The notes under the pieces are model-generated. The model was given only the letters and a program-made list of their open reading frames with translations, had not been told where the DNA came from and ran no database searches. Below, in pieces: positions 1 through 11,815 of a stretch of DNA of 64,000 bases. The DNA comes from Selaginella moellendorffii. Lineage: Eukaryota > Plantae > Lycopodiophyta. Each line of letters starts with the position of its first letter. Position 1 is the stretch's first letter. Both the position numbers and the translations under genes were made by a program. The stretch is from positions 871,038-935,037 of the forward strand of contig NW_003314295.1 of assembly GCF_000143415.4 (NCBI RefSeq), given 5' to 3'.

Positions 1-1383
1 TCGTAAAAAACATGAGAAGAGAGTGGAAAAGGAAGAGGAGCTCGAGAAAGGGCATCAGCATCAGCCATAAAACTCCTTGAGCGATGAACAACATCAAAAT
101 CATATATCTGAAGCTTCAAAGCCCACTGAGCAGTACGACCAACCAGGTTTTTCTGCTTCAATAATGAAGTAACGGCAGCATGGTCACCTTCAAGTAACAT
201 CCGAGAACCATGTAGATATAAATGAAGTTTTTCGAAACCCCAAACTGCTACTAAACACTCTTTCTCTATCGTAAAGTAGTTCATCTCCACTTGTTGTAAT
301 GTACGGCTTATATATGCAATGGGATGGCACTAACCAAGCACACTCAAGCTTTTTTGCATCAACACTCTTCCAAGACCAATGTCAGAAACATCCACGCATA
401 AAATAAAAGGTTGAGTGTAGTCAGGATATGCCAAAACCCGAGGAGTCGTCAATAGCTCTTTGAGATCCATGAATGCTCGCTCACAATCCGGAAACTAGAT
501 GAAAGATGACGTTTGTCACTTTAGCAACGCTTGCAATGGTGCAGTGCGATCAGAAAAATGATCCACAAAACAATCGAGATACTGCACCTTGCCCAAGAAG
601 CATTGCATATCATTTACACACTTCGGAGTAGGGAACTTTAAAACAGCCACAAGTTTGTCAGGATCAATTTGCAAACCCTCACGAGAAATACGGTACCCAA
701 AATAAGTTGTGTCCTTGGACCCAAACAAGCACTTCGACCGCTTCAGCTTTAGACTAACGTCGCATAGCCGATCCAACACTTTATAAACATCACGAACGTG
801 CTCTTCCCACATCCCCTCCGAGTGGATCAAGACATCATCAATGAAGTCAGCAATCACCTCTGGCATATCGCAAAGAACCTCGTCCATCATCTGCTGAAAA
901 GTTGCTAGAGCATTGTTCAAACCAAACGGCATTACCAAGAACTTGTACAATCCAAATGGTGTACGAAAAACAGTTTTAGAAATATCTTCTTCGGCCATCG
1001 GTACTTGCTAATACCCAGAAGCAAGATTTAGCTTGGTGAACCAACGACTTCGCCCTAGACGATCTAAGATATCAGCAGTGTGAGGAAGAGGGTACACATG
1101 AGGGATCGTCACTTCATTTAACGGACGATAGTCGATGTAGAAACAAATACTCCCATCAGGCTTCGTCACAAAATGAGGTTCACATGCCCAAGGACTTCGC
1201 AACTTCCAAATAACACCCTTCTCCAACATCTTCTTGACGTTTGCACGTAAAATCTTGATCTCCTTGGGTGACTGACGACAAATAGGAACCTTGATTAAAC
1301 AAGCATCCCCAGTTGGAATCAGATGATGTGTGGCAATCTTGGCCCCAGATGATAGGTCAAATTCAAATAGATCAGAATACTCC

Positions 1384-2023
1384 TGTGAGACACAAAATCC
1401 CTAGGCCCCAAAGTGGAGCCAGAAGGGCGCCACATGGTAGTGGCCGAAGCGAGAGCCAAACGAGCGTAACACGTTTGGACCAAAAGCTCCGACTTGAAAA
1501 GTCAAGAGCGGGAGTGGAACTCCCAACGAAGTGCTCGAGGAACGAGCACGAAGCGAGCAAAAGGCGAGGCTCCAAAAAGGGACCCAAAAGGACCAACACA
1601 TGACACGTGGGAGTGTCCGAGATGGACTCGAGTTGGAGTCCGAAGTGGAGTCCGAGATGGACCCAAGTTGGAGTCCGAAGTGGAGTCCGAGATGGACCCG
1701 AGTTGGAGTCCGAAGTGGAGTCCGAGATGGACCCGAGTTGGAGTCCGAAGTGGAGTCCGAGATGGAGTCCGAAGTGGAGTTCGAGGTGGACCCGAGATGG
1801 ACCCGAGTTGGAGTCCGAAGTGGAGTCCGAGATGGAGTCCGAGATGGAGTCCGAGGTGGACCCGAGATGGACCCGAAATGGAGTCCGAGATGGACCCGAG
1901 ATGGAGTCCGAGATGGAGTTCGAGATGGACCCGAGATGGACCCGAGATGGAGTTCGAGATGGAGTCCGAGATGGAGTCCGAGATGGAGTCCGAAGTCGAG
2001 ACCGAGACCGGGACCGAGACCGG

Positions 2024-2055
<32 letters not shown>

Positions 2056-3152
2056 TCGGGACTGAGACCGAGACCGAGGCCGAGGCCGAGACCGAGCCCG
2101 AGCCCGAGTCCGAATCCGAGTCCGAGTCCGAGTCCGAGTCCGAGTCCGGAGCCTGAGAGGGTGAAAGCCCAAAGCGTTCGTCTCCCAGACCCTGGGGGGT
2201 TTGGTGAGCTCCAAAAGTATAGTAGGGGGAGGACTGCAGTGGAGCCAGTTTGGCCAGGAAAGGCCAGTTTGGCCCAGGAAGGCCGGACCCAGTGTTGGGT
2301 GATGAGCTGCCCACTGGGAAGTCCAAGACTAGAGTGAACACAGACCGACAAGCGGGGTAGCTTGGTGAAGTGTTCAAGAGCCGGCTCTAGTTCCCCCGGG
2401 AGATCGACTGGCCGATGCTCCCAGTCCAAGTGTGGGTGGCACTACCTACTTGGATACCAGGCGTGGCTCAACGGAACCTCGCTCTAAGCCCATGGCTAGA
2501 GCACCTAAAGGCGAAAGGTGGGGAGAGTACCCAGGTGGCTCGCGTAAGGCCACGGTGTTCCGAAATGGTGTCCCGAAGTCCCAGACTGTGGAAAGGAAGA
2601 GGGGTAGCCCTCTGGTGGGGTGACCAAAGACACAGTCACACAGTGAGGAAGTCCTCGAGGATAGTGGGACTTAGTGGTAGGGCCAGTGGGCCTTGATCCA
2701 GTGGCAGTGTTGGCGAACACAGCCAAGGACAGAAAGGGACTTGGTGGGGACCGGAACAGAGATATTGGGGAAGGCTATTCCCCATGTCTGTAGGCATCCT
2801 AAGGATGTTAAGGAGTGGATCTGGGATGATCCCTCATGGACGGATGACCCAGTCTTTGAGAGACGGGATTGGAATGCAGGTGGTGTTGGACCACCAGTGT
2901 GACCAAGGTAATTGGGCATAGCCTTAGCGTAACGGGCTGATACGTTGGTGGTACCTTGGGGTGTCGATCATGGGATCGGACACGTGGAGCACTTGGACCA
3001 AGTGCTAAGGTTGAGTGGCATGGATGCCATTCTCGGGGCTAGCAAGCCCCAAGTCCTAAGTTGGACTTATGGAGGTTGTGAATGAGACTCCTCCAAGTGG
3101 TCAGAGGTGTGGTTAAGTGACTAAAGTAGAATGGAAAAATTAGTCGCTTACA
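1384..3152 (+). repeat. 5' LTR of the LARD-like element
   Basis: TGTGAG...CTTACA; direct repeat of 7315-9083 at offset 5931. Confidence 0.95.
1613..2150 (+). repeat. Minisatellite array inside the LTR (11-12-bp GGAGTCCGAGAT/GGACCCGAGAT units grading into 6-bp GAGACC/GAGTCC units); second copy at 7544-8081
   Basis: Directly visible; explains the low-complexity ORFs in all six frames. Confidence 0.92.
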
Positions 3153-3155
3153 ATT

Positions 3156-3167
3156 TGGTATCGGAGC
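3156..3167 (+). promoter_or_regulatory. Primer-binding site (tRNA-iMet)
   Basis: TGGTATCGGAGC 3 nt after the 5' LTR; canonical plant iMet PBS is TGGTATCAGAGC. Confidence 0.88.
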
Positions 3168-5649
3168 TGTTCCTTAGTCCGACTTTTATTGGTGCTCAAG
3201 TATATCACCACTAGTGTTGGCATCGGAAGGTCCGAGGAGTGGGCCTATCCTTGAGGAGTAGCAAGTCGGGAAGACATGGCTCTCCATTACAGTTCATGTG
3301 TGAACTTGTAGACGAGGTGGTGGATAGAAAAGGGCCAATAATGGAACGACTTTGGGATCTTGGGAACAGTATATGGTTTTCCTCAAAGAGTTGAGGATGT
3401 GATCCAGATGAGCGTTTGACTTAGCAAACTGGCTAATGTAGTTGTGGTAAACAACTACAGTTGGGATCACGGGAAAGATAAAGACTCCAAAGCAATAAAG
3501 GAGTCACAAGATTTTCCTCATATAGTTAAGGTTGGTGCTCATGAATGTGAGACCAGAAGTAATGACCGTGGGAGGTCAAATACGGAAGAGGACTCAAGTC
3601 CTTGAAAAGGTAGCCGGGGCTACCTCTAATAAATGCTGGAACAATCCAAGGAGTTGGGGGTGTATTAAGTGGATGAGTTGGTGTTCTCATCACATGGACA
3701 AGTAGTCCTAAGGGGCAAAGGTTGCCCCCAGAGAACAAAATCAAGTGTCGGAGTAACACTTGTGAAAATAGTCCTTTTGAGTAGGACAGGAATGCAAGAA
3801 GTGTATTCCAGTGAGCTAGTGCCTCACAAGTAGGACCTTATGGGTCTGTGGATTAACCAAGTCCAAAACTGCTGGATGACTCAAGTAGAGTCAACGAATG
3901 GTCCTAAAAGGACTAATGGAAGCATTTGGACTGAGGTGTGTTGTACCCCACAAAGGATGGGGGGGGATCATAGGATCCAAGGATGAGAACAGAGGGTATC
4001 TCATCGATGGCAAAATGTGCCATGCTAAAGTTATGGGAAAGGTGTTCCCAGAAGAAAACAACCTTGACATAAAGTTGTGTGTGACCTCTATGGTGCAGTG
4101 CTAACGGATGGTTGGCATGAGAAAGAGCGGTGTTGGTCTTGGCAAAGACTTAGACACGAAGGGAAATGTCATAGAGGTAGACTCGTGGAGCCGATGGTGT
4201 GGAGACACCAAATGTGCCAAGGTGTGATACCTTGAGGCTATGTTGGTGGGTTCATGAGAACCCCTTGCCAAAGGAATCCCAATGGAAATGGGAATAGCAT
4301 AGCCTAAGCTGCAGAGCATGCAGTTGGAGTGTGGTGACCCAGATAATGATGGAGGTGTGAAAGCACCAAGCAATGAGTTGTAGGACTTGACAACTATGAG
4401 GCAACTAAGCAAGAGGTGCAAAATAACTGGTTAAACGGGTAGAAGGTAGCTACCCAAGACTTCTTAATAGCATAGGGAAGTTGGATATACCCTTACGGGG
4501 GATAAGTTGCTTGTGTTGCGATATAGTAAGTCAATGTCATAAAAGGAAATACTCATTGTCAAAAAAGCCATCATTGGGACACCCGAACACTCTAGAACAC
4601 CAGAAGGTGGTGTTTGATGTCGCGAGGGCAATGGATAAAGCCCAAGGGACTAAGTCCTTAGCGAATGATGGATAGAAGGTGCTATCCAAATGTCCAAGGT
4701 TGCGGAGACAGGAGAGGACTGTCTACCCGAGTTGGACAAAGCCAAAAATGGAATTTTGGCAAGGCTAGTGATGGGCATGCAAAGGCCCATAAGCAACAAT
4801 GTAATCCCAGTGTGTGGGATTATAAGGTGAGCATACCCGGATTGAGGAACCACTCCCTAGGCTATTGGGTAGGTTCATCCCTAAGAATACTTGCTAAAGC
4901 ATGATAGAAAGTGCAAAGTTATCCTCCTGGTCTGGAGGAGAATGACTAAAGGAAAGGTGTGAAGCCAAAAAGCAAGAAGTAAGGGGATAGAACCGAACCG
5001 TAGGAATCAAAGGGCATAACCAAGGTTGGTTATGCCAGCTGGGAGTGGAGAATCAAGTGGGGGCTCGAGGGTGTTGCTGCTAGCAACCGTGATGCCAGGG
5101 AGAGTCTAAAATATGGAATTGTCCATGTTAGACTATGTGGCATTTGGAAGGCTTGCAAAAAGGGAGGCCTTAGCAAGCTGAGGGACAGAGTTCCTTCAAG
5201 GTTCCCAAAGACGATTCTAGGTAGCTTAGTACCTAGAAAGGCCAAGTGTAAATGGTTCATGGAACGCGCGAAATCAGAGTGGCGCAGCAGAAGCGTGGTC
5301 TTGAAGCTTGCCATGAGGCAAGGCTATCAAGGTTAGGGAAGTAGTTCCCGAGTGTTCAAAGAGAGGGCTTTGAACGAAAGTCGATGGTCAAGGACTTTCA
5401 CGCTTATGCAGGAACCATGTTACAGTGGTCGGAGGACTTGCCAAGCGAGATTGGCACGTCGGGGGAACAAATACCCTAGTTGAAGGTGATAACTTCAAAA
5501 AGGGTGGGCCATGGGGCCGAGCATGGAGGAGTCCATGCATGATCACAGACATGTCAAGTGAGAGGACTTGGCAGTGTGGAGGAACTAGGTTCCTAAGCTG
5601 TGATCTGTAGCGCGCTTTAAAAATAAGTTGGTGCACCGGCGTGGGGAGT

Positions 5650-5756
5650 CACGCCAGGCATCTTGTGTGATGCCGTCCGTAGATGCATATACGGAGGTTG
5701 GGTTCGAGTCCCGACCCTCTAGTGCTTGGGTTCGAGTCCCAAATCACTAGGGCGTG
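5650..5756 (+). other. Multi-hairpin tRNA-like structured element with two TTCGAGT T-loops (B-box-like)
   Basis: Four adjacent stem-loops read by hand; two carry GGGTTCGAGTCCC. Confidence 0.55.
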
Positions 5757-7072
5757 GTGATGGTTTGGAATATGAGGACACTCATATTTCGGTGATCATG
5801 GACTCTCAGTGGGGAGACTGGTTTGGGCACACCGGCAAGCGAGGGATGCCTCGGAGTCGTGATGCACGGTTAGATTGCTTAGTGTGAAAGCTCGGCATAT
5901 CTAACTTGAACGCTTTGGTGCGAGTGGCACCAAGGACGTGGTGAGTGAGATGGGGACACCTAATCTCAGTTGCTATGGACCCTTGGCCGGAAGGGCTGGC
6001 TTGGGCGCACCGCCAAGTGTGGGGGATGCCCCCGGGGTCGTAGTTAACAAATTAAAGGTCTGGAAGACCTAGTACCTATTGGCAAACCTGTTAAGGTGCC
6101 GAGGTGAGATCACTAGGTGATCTTGTGGCTAAATAAGGACAAGGTCCTTGTTTGGGTTAAGGAATAAGGTTCCTAGTTCAAAGTGTTGATTTGAACTATT
6201 GATGATGGTGTGGCTTGGTCAAGGTGACCAAGTGGGAAAAGCACCCTAGGGAAATGAGCTATGTCATTGCGATGGCATACTGTGTCCAAGGAAAGTAGTC
6301 TCTAAAGAGACCCATGGGAGGGTCACAAAGTTGGGCCGTGGATAGAGCCCACAGCAGAAGATGCTAAAGAGACTTACTAGGGGCGAACACCCTAGTCTTG
6401 GCAAAGCAGAGCCTTTGCTATGGAATCACAAGAATACCTCAAGGAGGGAGGTAAAGATTCGATGTTGCTTGGTGCAACAATCAACGGATAGGAGCAAAAG
6501 ATGAGTGGCCAAGATAGGGCCGTGGAATCCCTTGGAAGGAATCCAAGTGACAAAGTTAGGTGAGGAACACTAATGTGTTGGACGCTAACAAATTCCGGAA
6601 AAGGAAGTGTGTTTCCAAGGATGAATTCCGAATTGCTCTGATTTGGCGAAAGTGGAAGCTCCAAGGGAGGGAGCGGTAAGGTAGCCAAATGATAGGGCCA
6701 TGGACAGCCCTAGCACAAAGTATGATAAATGGAACTTAGTGCCCAAGGTGGCACGAAATAGAAGAGAGGATGATGGTGCCCTCAAGTAATGAGCTTCCTA
6801 GGATGGGGAAGTGGAGTTGCACAATCTGTGCAATGCAAGGTGTTGGAGACACCTAGGAAATTGACTTCCAAAAGTCAAAAGAGTAAAAGTTCCAAGGTGC
6901 AAACGTTCAATAGATGGAAATTGAGACTACTCGAGAAGGAGTAGCGGGATTGACTTAGAGAAGGGTCTCTAAGAAGTTTAGCGAGAACTAAACCAATAAA
7001 AGGAGAGAACCACTATATGTGGTCCAATCAGTCTCTAAGTTGGAGAGACTACCCTCCTTAGAGGATAGGCAA

Positions 7073-7207
7073 GGCATGGTGAGCCTTTGGTGTCAAACCA
7101 TTGAGGCATATGCAAAAGGCATGGTGAGCCTTCAATGTCAAACCATTGACGAATATGGAGAAGGTATGGTGAGCCTTCAATGTCAAACCATTGACAAATA
7201 TTGGCTA
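7073..7207 (+). repeat. Three 45-bp tandem repeats near the 3' end of the LARD interior
   Basis: Units start at 7073, 7118 and 7163 (GGYATGGTGAGCCTT...TGTCAAACCATTGA). Confidence 0.85.
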
Positions 7208-7314
7208 GGTGCCAAGGATGGAAATGGTAACACATGCGAGTGTTACTTTAAAAAAAAAAAAACATGGTTTACCGTTCGATGAGGACATCGAACTTCGTCT
7301 ATGGGTGGTGGAGT

Positions 7315-9083
7315 TGTGAGACACAAAATCCCTAGGCCCCAAAGTGGAGCCAGAAGGGCGCCACATGGTAGTGGCCGAAGCGAGAGCCAAACGAGCGTAA
7401 CACGTTTGGACCAAAAGCTCCGACTTGAAAAGTCAAGAGCGGGAGTGGAACTCCCAACGAAGTGCTCGAGGAACGAGCACGAAGCGAGCAAAAGGCGAGG
7501 CTCCAAAAAGGGACCCAAAAGGACCAACACATGACACGTGGGAGTGTCCGAGATGGACTCGAGTTGGAGTCCGAAGTGGAGTCCGAGATGGACCCAAGTT
7601 GGAGTCCGAAGTGGAGTCCGAGATGGACCCGAGTTGGAGTCCGAAGTGGAGTCCGAGATGGACCCGAGTTGGAGTCCGAAGTGGAGTCCGAGATGGAGTC
7701 CGAAGTGGAGTTCGAGGTGGACCCGAGATGGACCCGAGTTGGAGTCCGAAGTGGAGTCCGAGATGGAGTCCGAGATGGAGTCCGAGGTGGACCCGAGATG
7801 GACCCGAAATGGAGTCCGAGATGGACCCGAGATGGAGTCCGAGATGGAGTTCGAGATGGACCCGAGATGGACCCGAGATGGAGTTCGAGATGGAGTCCGA
7901 GATGGAGTCCGAGATGGAGTCCGAAGTCGAGACCGAGACCGGGACCGAGACCGGGACCGAGACCGAGACCGAGACCGAGACTGAGATCGGGACTGAGACC
8001 GAGACCGAGGCCGAGGCCGAGACCGAGCCCGAGCCCGAGTCCGAATCCGAGTCCGAGTCCGAGTCCGAGTCCGAGTCCGGAGCCTGAGAGGGTGAAAGCC
8101 CAAAGCGTTCGTCTCCCAGACCCTGGGGGGTTTGGTGAGCTCCAAAAGTATAGTAGGGGGAGGACTGCAGTGGAGCCAGTTTGGCCAGGAAAGGCCAGTT
8201 TGGCCCAGGAAGGCCGGACCCAGTGTTGGGTGATGAGCTGCCCACTGGGAAGTCCAAGACTAGAGTGAACACAGACCGACAAGCGGGGTAGCTTGGTGAA
8301 GTGTTCAAGAGCCGGCTCTAGTTCCCCCGGGAGATCGACTGGCCGATGCTCCCAGTCCAAGTGTGGGTGGCACTACCTACTTGGATACCAGGCGTGGCTC
8401 AACGGAACCTCGCTCTAAGCCCATGGCTAGAGCACCTAAAGGCGAAAGGTGGGGAGAGTACCCAGGTGGCTCGCGTAAGGCCACGGTGTTCCGAAATGGT
8501 GTCCCGAAGTCCCAGACTGTGGAAAGGAAGAGGGGTAGCCCTCTGGTGGGGTGACCAAAGACACAGTCACACAGTGAGGAAGTCCTCGAGGATAGTGGGA
8601 CTTAGTGGTAGGGCCAGTGGGCCTTGATCCAGTGGCAGTGTTGGCGAACACAGCCAAGGACAGAAAGGGACTTGGTGGGGACCGGAACAGAGATATTGGG
8701 GAAGGCTATTCCCCATGTCTGTAGGCATCCTAAGGATGTTAAGGAGTGGATCTGGGATGATCCCTCATGGACGGATGACCCAGTCTTTGAGAGACGGGAT
8801 TGGAATGCAGGTGGTGTTGGACCACCAGTGTGACCAAGGTAATTGGGCATAGCCTTAGCGTAACGGGCTGATACGTTGGTGGTACCTTGGGGTGTCGATC
8901 ATGGGATCGGACACGTGGAGCACTTGGACCAAGTGCTAAGGTTGAGTGGCATGGATGCCATTCTCGGGGCTAGCAAGCCCCAAGTCCTAAGTTGGACTTA
9001 TGGAGGTTGTGAATGAGACTCCTCCAAGTGGTCAGAGGTGTGGTTAAGTGACTAAAGTAGAATGGAAAAATTAGTCGCTTACA
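7315..9083 (+). repeat. 3' LTR of the LARD-like element
   Basis: Near-identical to 1384-3152; the only difference I spotted is C2051 vs T7982. Confidence 0.95.
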
Positions 9084-10847
9084 ACTCCTTCATGAGCCGG
9101 TCAACTGCTGCAACACAAAGATCGTCAGAGGGATCAGAAAAGGGAAGAGCCAAACAAGACGGAAACATAGGAGGAAATAGTGGGGGGACAAAAGTAATGG
9201 AAGAAGAGGTAGAAGTAGAGGGATGAAGAGGTACAAAAATGAGAGGAATAAATGAAACATAAAGAAGTATGAGACAAGGGGGAGAAGCCTCAAAGTCACA
9301 CTAGGCATGATTGCGCTACAACCAATCCATACCAAGGTTGAGGTCAAAAGCTTGACTCGGCACCACCCGCAAGGACTGCAACTCAAGCTCGAGATTGCCC
9401 ACACGCACAACCAGGTCCGCCTCATCCTGTGCATATGCATGTATACGGCCGTTGCCATAAAGAATGAAAACTGGTTCCACCGCACGACGCAAGTGTAAAC
9501 GGCAACGTGTGGCAACAAGTCAAGCAATAGAAGATAAACTTGAACCTGTATCAACCAACATGGAAAGAATAATAGGAGATCTTTTGTTATAAAAATGAGC
9601 TTGGAAAGTAAACACTGGATGAACCGGTGCCGAGTGAACCCCTTGATGATACTCCTGAAAGAAAGATGGAGGGGTCATTGACTTATTCGCGCAAGGTCCC
9701 TCCATTACTCGTGCGATTCCTCGTTTCCCGAATGCATCGTGATGTCTATACCTTCCACTACAACAGCACCAACAGGACGTTATTGACGCCAAGGTGTCCA
9801 CCCAAGAAATGAAAGTCGCCAATCCGGAAACGTCGACAACGCCAATAAGTGTGCCCAACTTCATCACATGCCCAACAGCAAACGTCATGGCCATAACCAT
9901 GTCCTCACCCTTGTCCTTGGATTCGAGTAGCAACAACATCAACCTCCATTGGAACAGGACCATTGCCTATAGGAAGAGGAACAGAAGGACGGGCAGCGAG
10001 AAGTGGAAGAAGTGACGTCTCATAACGTTTTGCCAAGTGAAGTGCATTGTCAAGGGTGGCTAGAGCAAGTGCATGCATAAGTCCAACAAAATCTTGACGA
10101 AGTGCTGGCCACAACATTCCTAACTTGATTCACTCCAACATATTTGGCTCCACACAAAGCAAAAGACTTCGGAAATGAATGCTAAATTGCATCATTGATT
10201 CAGATGGCCTTTGGTGAAGACAATGCAATTGTTGGAAAGCATCATCACAATTATTGGCATGACCGAATGCACATTTGAAGACGTCTGGGAGAATACTCCA
10301 ATCCCCACAAGTGGCTGCGCTCAAACCATTGTACCACTGCAACGCCGTCCCTTGGAGACACGTGGGAAACTCACACAAATGTCGAGTATCATCCCAAGAA
10401 TGATATGTGGCAATCACCGTGAAGTGATCGAACCAATGGTACACATCATCCCTAGGATTCCCGTGAAAAAATTCCAGCTGAACGCGAGGATTGGCACCAA
10501 AAGCAAGAGGAGTTGTACCATGTACCGTGAACGCCACCATCAATTAAGTTTGGTTGTTCAATTGCAAGCACATAACATCAAAAAATTATACCAACTACTA
10601 CTCTAGAGTCAAAGGAAAATTGCTAATCTACCATGAAGATGAACGAAAAGGAAAGAGCAAAAGAAGAGAAATGACAAAAGCTAGAAGGAAATGGAGATCT
10701 AGACAATGCAAAAAAGCTAAAGGGAAAGAATAAAAGAAAGGAAATGGAAAAAACTAGATTTAGATAATGCAAAAGTTAGATTTAAACCAAAATCCCAAAT
10801 TTAAACACTCTTCAGGGACAATCAAAGGTGCTTCTCAACTCCACCAA

Positions 10848-11023
10848 TGTGAGTGCATGAAATATAGAAAGGGAATATAAAAAATGTGCATATTAATTAG
10901 CCCAAAAACCCTAGCTTATATACAAAAGCGAGTGGTCCAGATTGAAATCAATTTGACAGTTACCAAAATCCCACTATGCTAATATTAGTATATGGCATCA
11001 TAGCCGTACACTTGGCCCTCATA
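10848..11023 (-). repeat. 5' LTR of the degenerate gypsy copy
   Basis: Reverse complement matches LTR 54165-54338; followed on the - strand by the PBS TGGTGGAGTTGAG. Confidence 0.85.
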
Positions 11024-11815
11024 ACACCTGAATATAAAAAACTATTGATTAAACACTAACACTTTATATTCTTTTGCCTAACTACAAATATAGTTTACTA
11101 GCATATAATAATACTATGGAATATCAGTTTTTGAATTTATAGTTTGTATCTAATATATAGGTTTTACTGTTCTTAAAATCTTATTGTTTACTTTTAAGAA
11201 CATTAATGTTACTTAGAGCCAAACAATTCTAAAAGTATTAAATCTTAGTGTTATATACTTATTCATATTCTAAGTAAAAACATTATTTAATATATATAAT
11301 ATAAATTTTATAGATTCTTAACTTATACTTTGCATCTAATATCTATAAAAGTATTTATTTTTAGCAATTCATATTTTACTTTTTCCTGAGTTAAGTATTA
11401 CTTTTCTTAAAATCTTAGTGTTTTAATATATTCATATTCCCAAGAACATGGTCTATGTTATATTGTGTATATATATAAAAAATTATATGAAATTATTGAT
11501 TTTTGTGCTCATCTGGCATTTGTCTAGCATTAATGTTTTACATATATTCAGAAGTCACAATACAGCATTTGCTGGGCAATAGTAGTTATTTAAAAAGAGA
11601 CTGTTACAGAGTTCTAGTAGGTTATAATAATATTCCTCATAATAATTTCTAGCTATTTGGGAGTGAACTAAAATAAAACATCTACCAAAAAGAGTAATAA
11701 ATATCTTTATTTTCGAATGGTTTTTAGGTTTAAAGATTGTTTCTACTAATCTTGATTAAATGTAAAAGTGCAATTAACTACTACTTATCTTAAATTAATG
11801 AATATGAGGAATAAA

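Larger units (their letters stand above)
1384..9083 (+). mobile_element. Young non-autonomous LTR retroelement (LARD-like), 7.7 kb, with non-coding 4.2-kb interior
   Basis: Two 1769-bp LTRs (TG...CA), 5-bp TSD ACTCC (1379-1383 and 9084-9088), tRNA-iMet PBS, purine-rich tract before the 3' LTR, no long ORF inside. Confidence 0.93.
1..11023 (-). mobile_element. Degenerate non-chromodomain Ty3/gypsy LTR retrotransposon (same family as 54165-59138), split by the insertion at 1384-9083 and running off the left edge
   Basis: RT/RNaseH fragments (516-1229: FRTPFGLYKFLVMPFGL, FIDD), protease and gag remnants 9089-10630, PBS and 5' LTR at 10848-11023. Colinear with the near-intact copy but with many stops. 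Confidence 0.93.

Noticed and set aside
1613-2150. CRISPR-like array
   Set aside because: Contiguous degenerate units with no unique spacers, eukaryotic context, no cas genes.
1372-2429. Long ORFs in all six frames (also 7243-8360 and 47854-48290)
   Set aside because: Produced by stop-poor short-unit arrays within LTRs; low-complexity translations.
5650-5756. Functional tRNA gene
   Set aside because: Two T-arms, no recognisable D-loop/A-box or canonical anticodon arm.
1384-9083. Retrozyme (hammerhead) or Cassandra (5S) element
   Set aside because: No CTGANGA...GAAA hammerhead core or 5S sequence found by eye; the element is also much larger than those classes.
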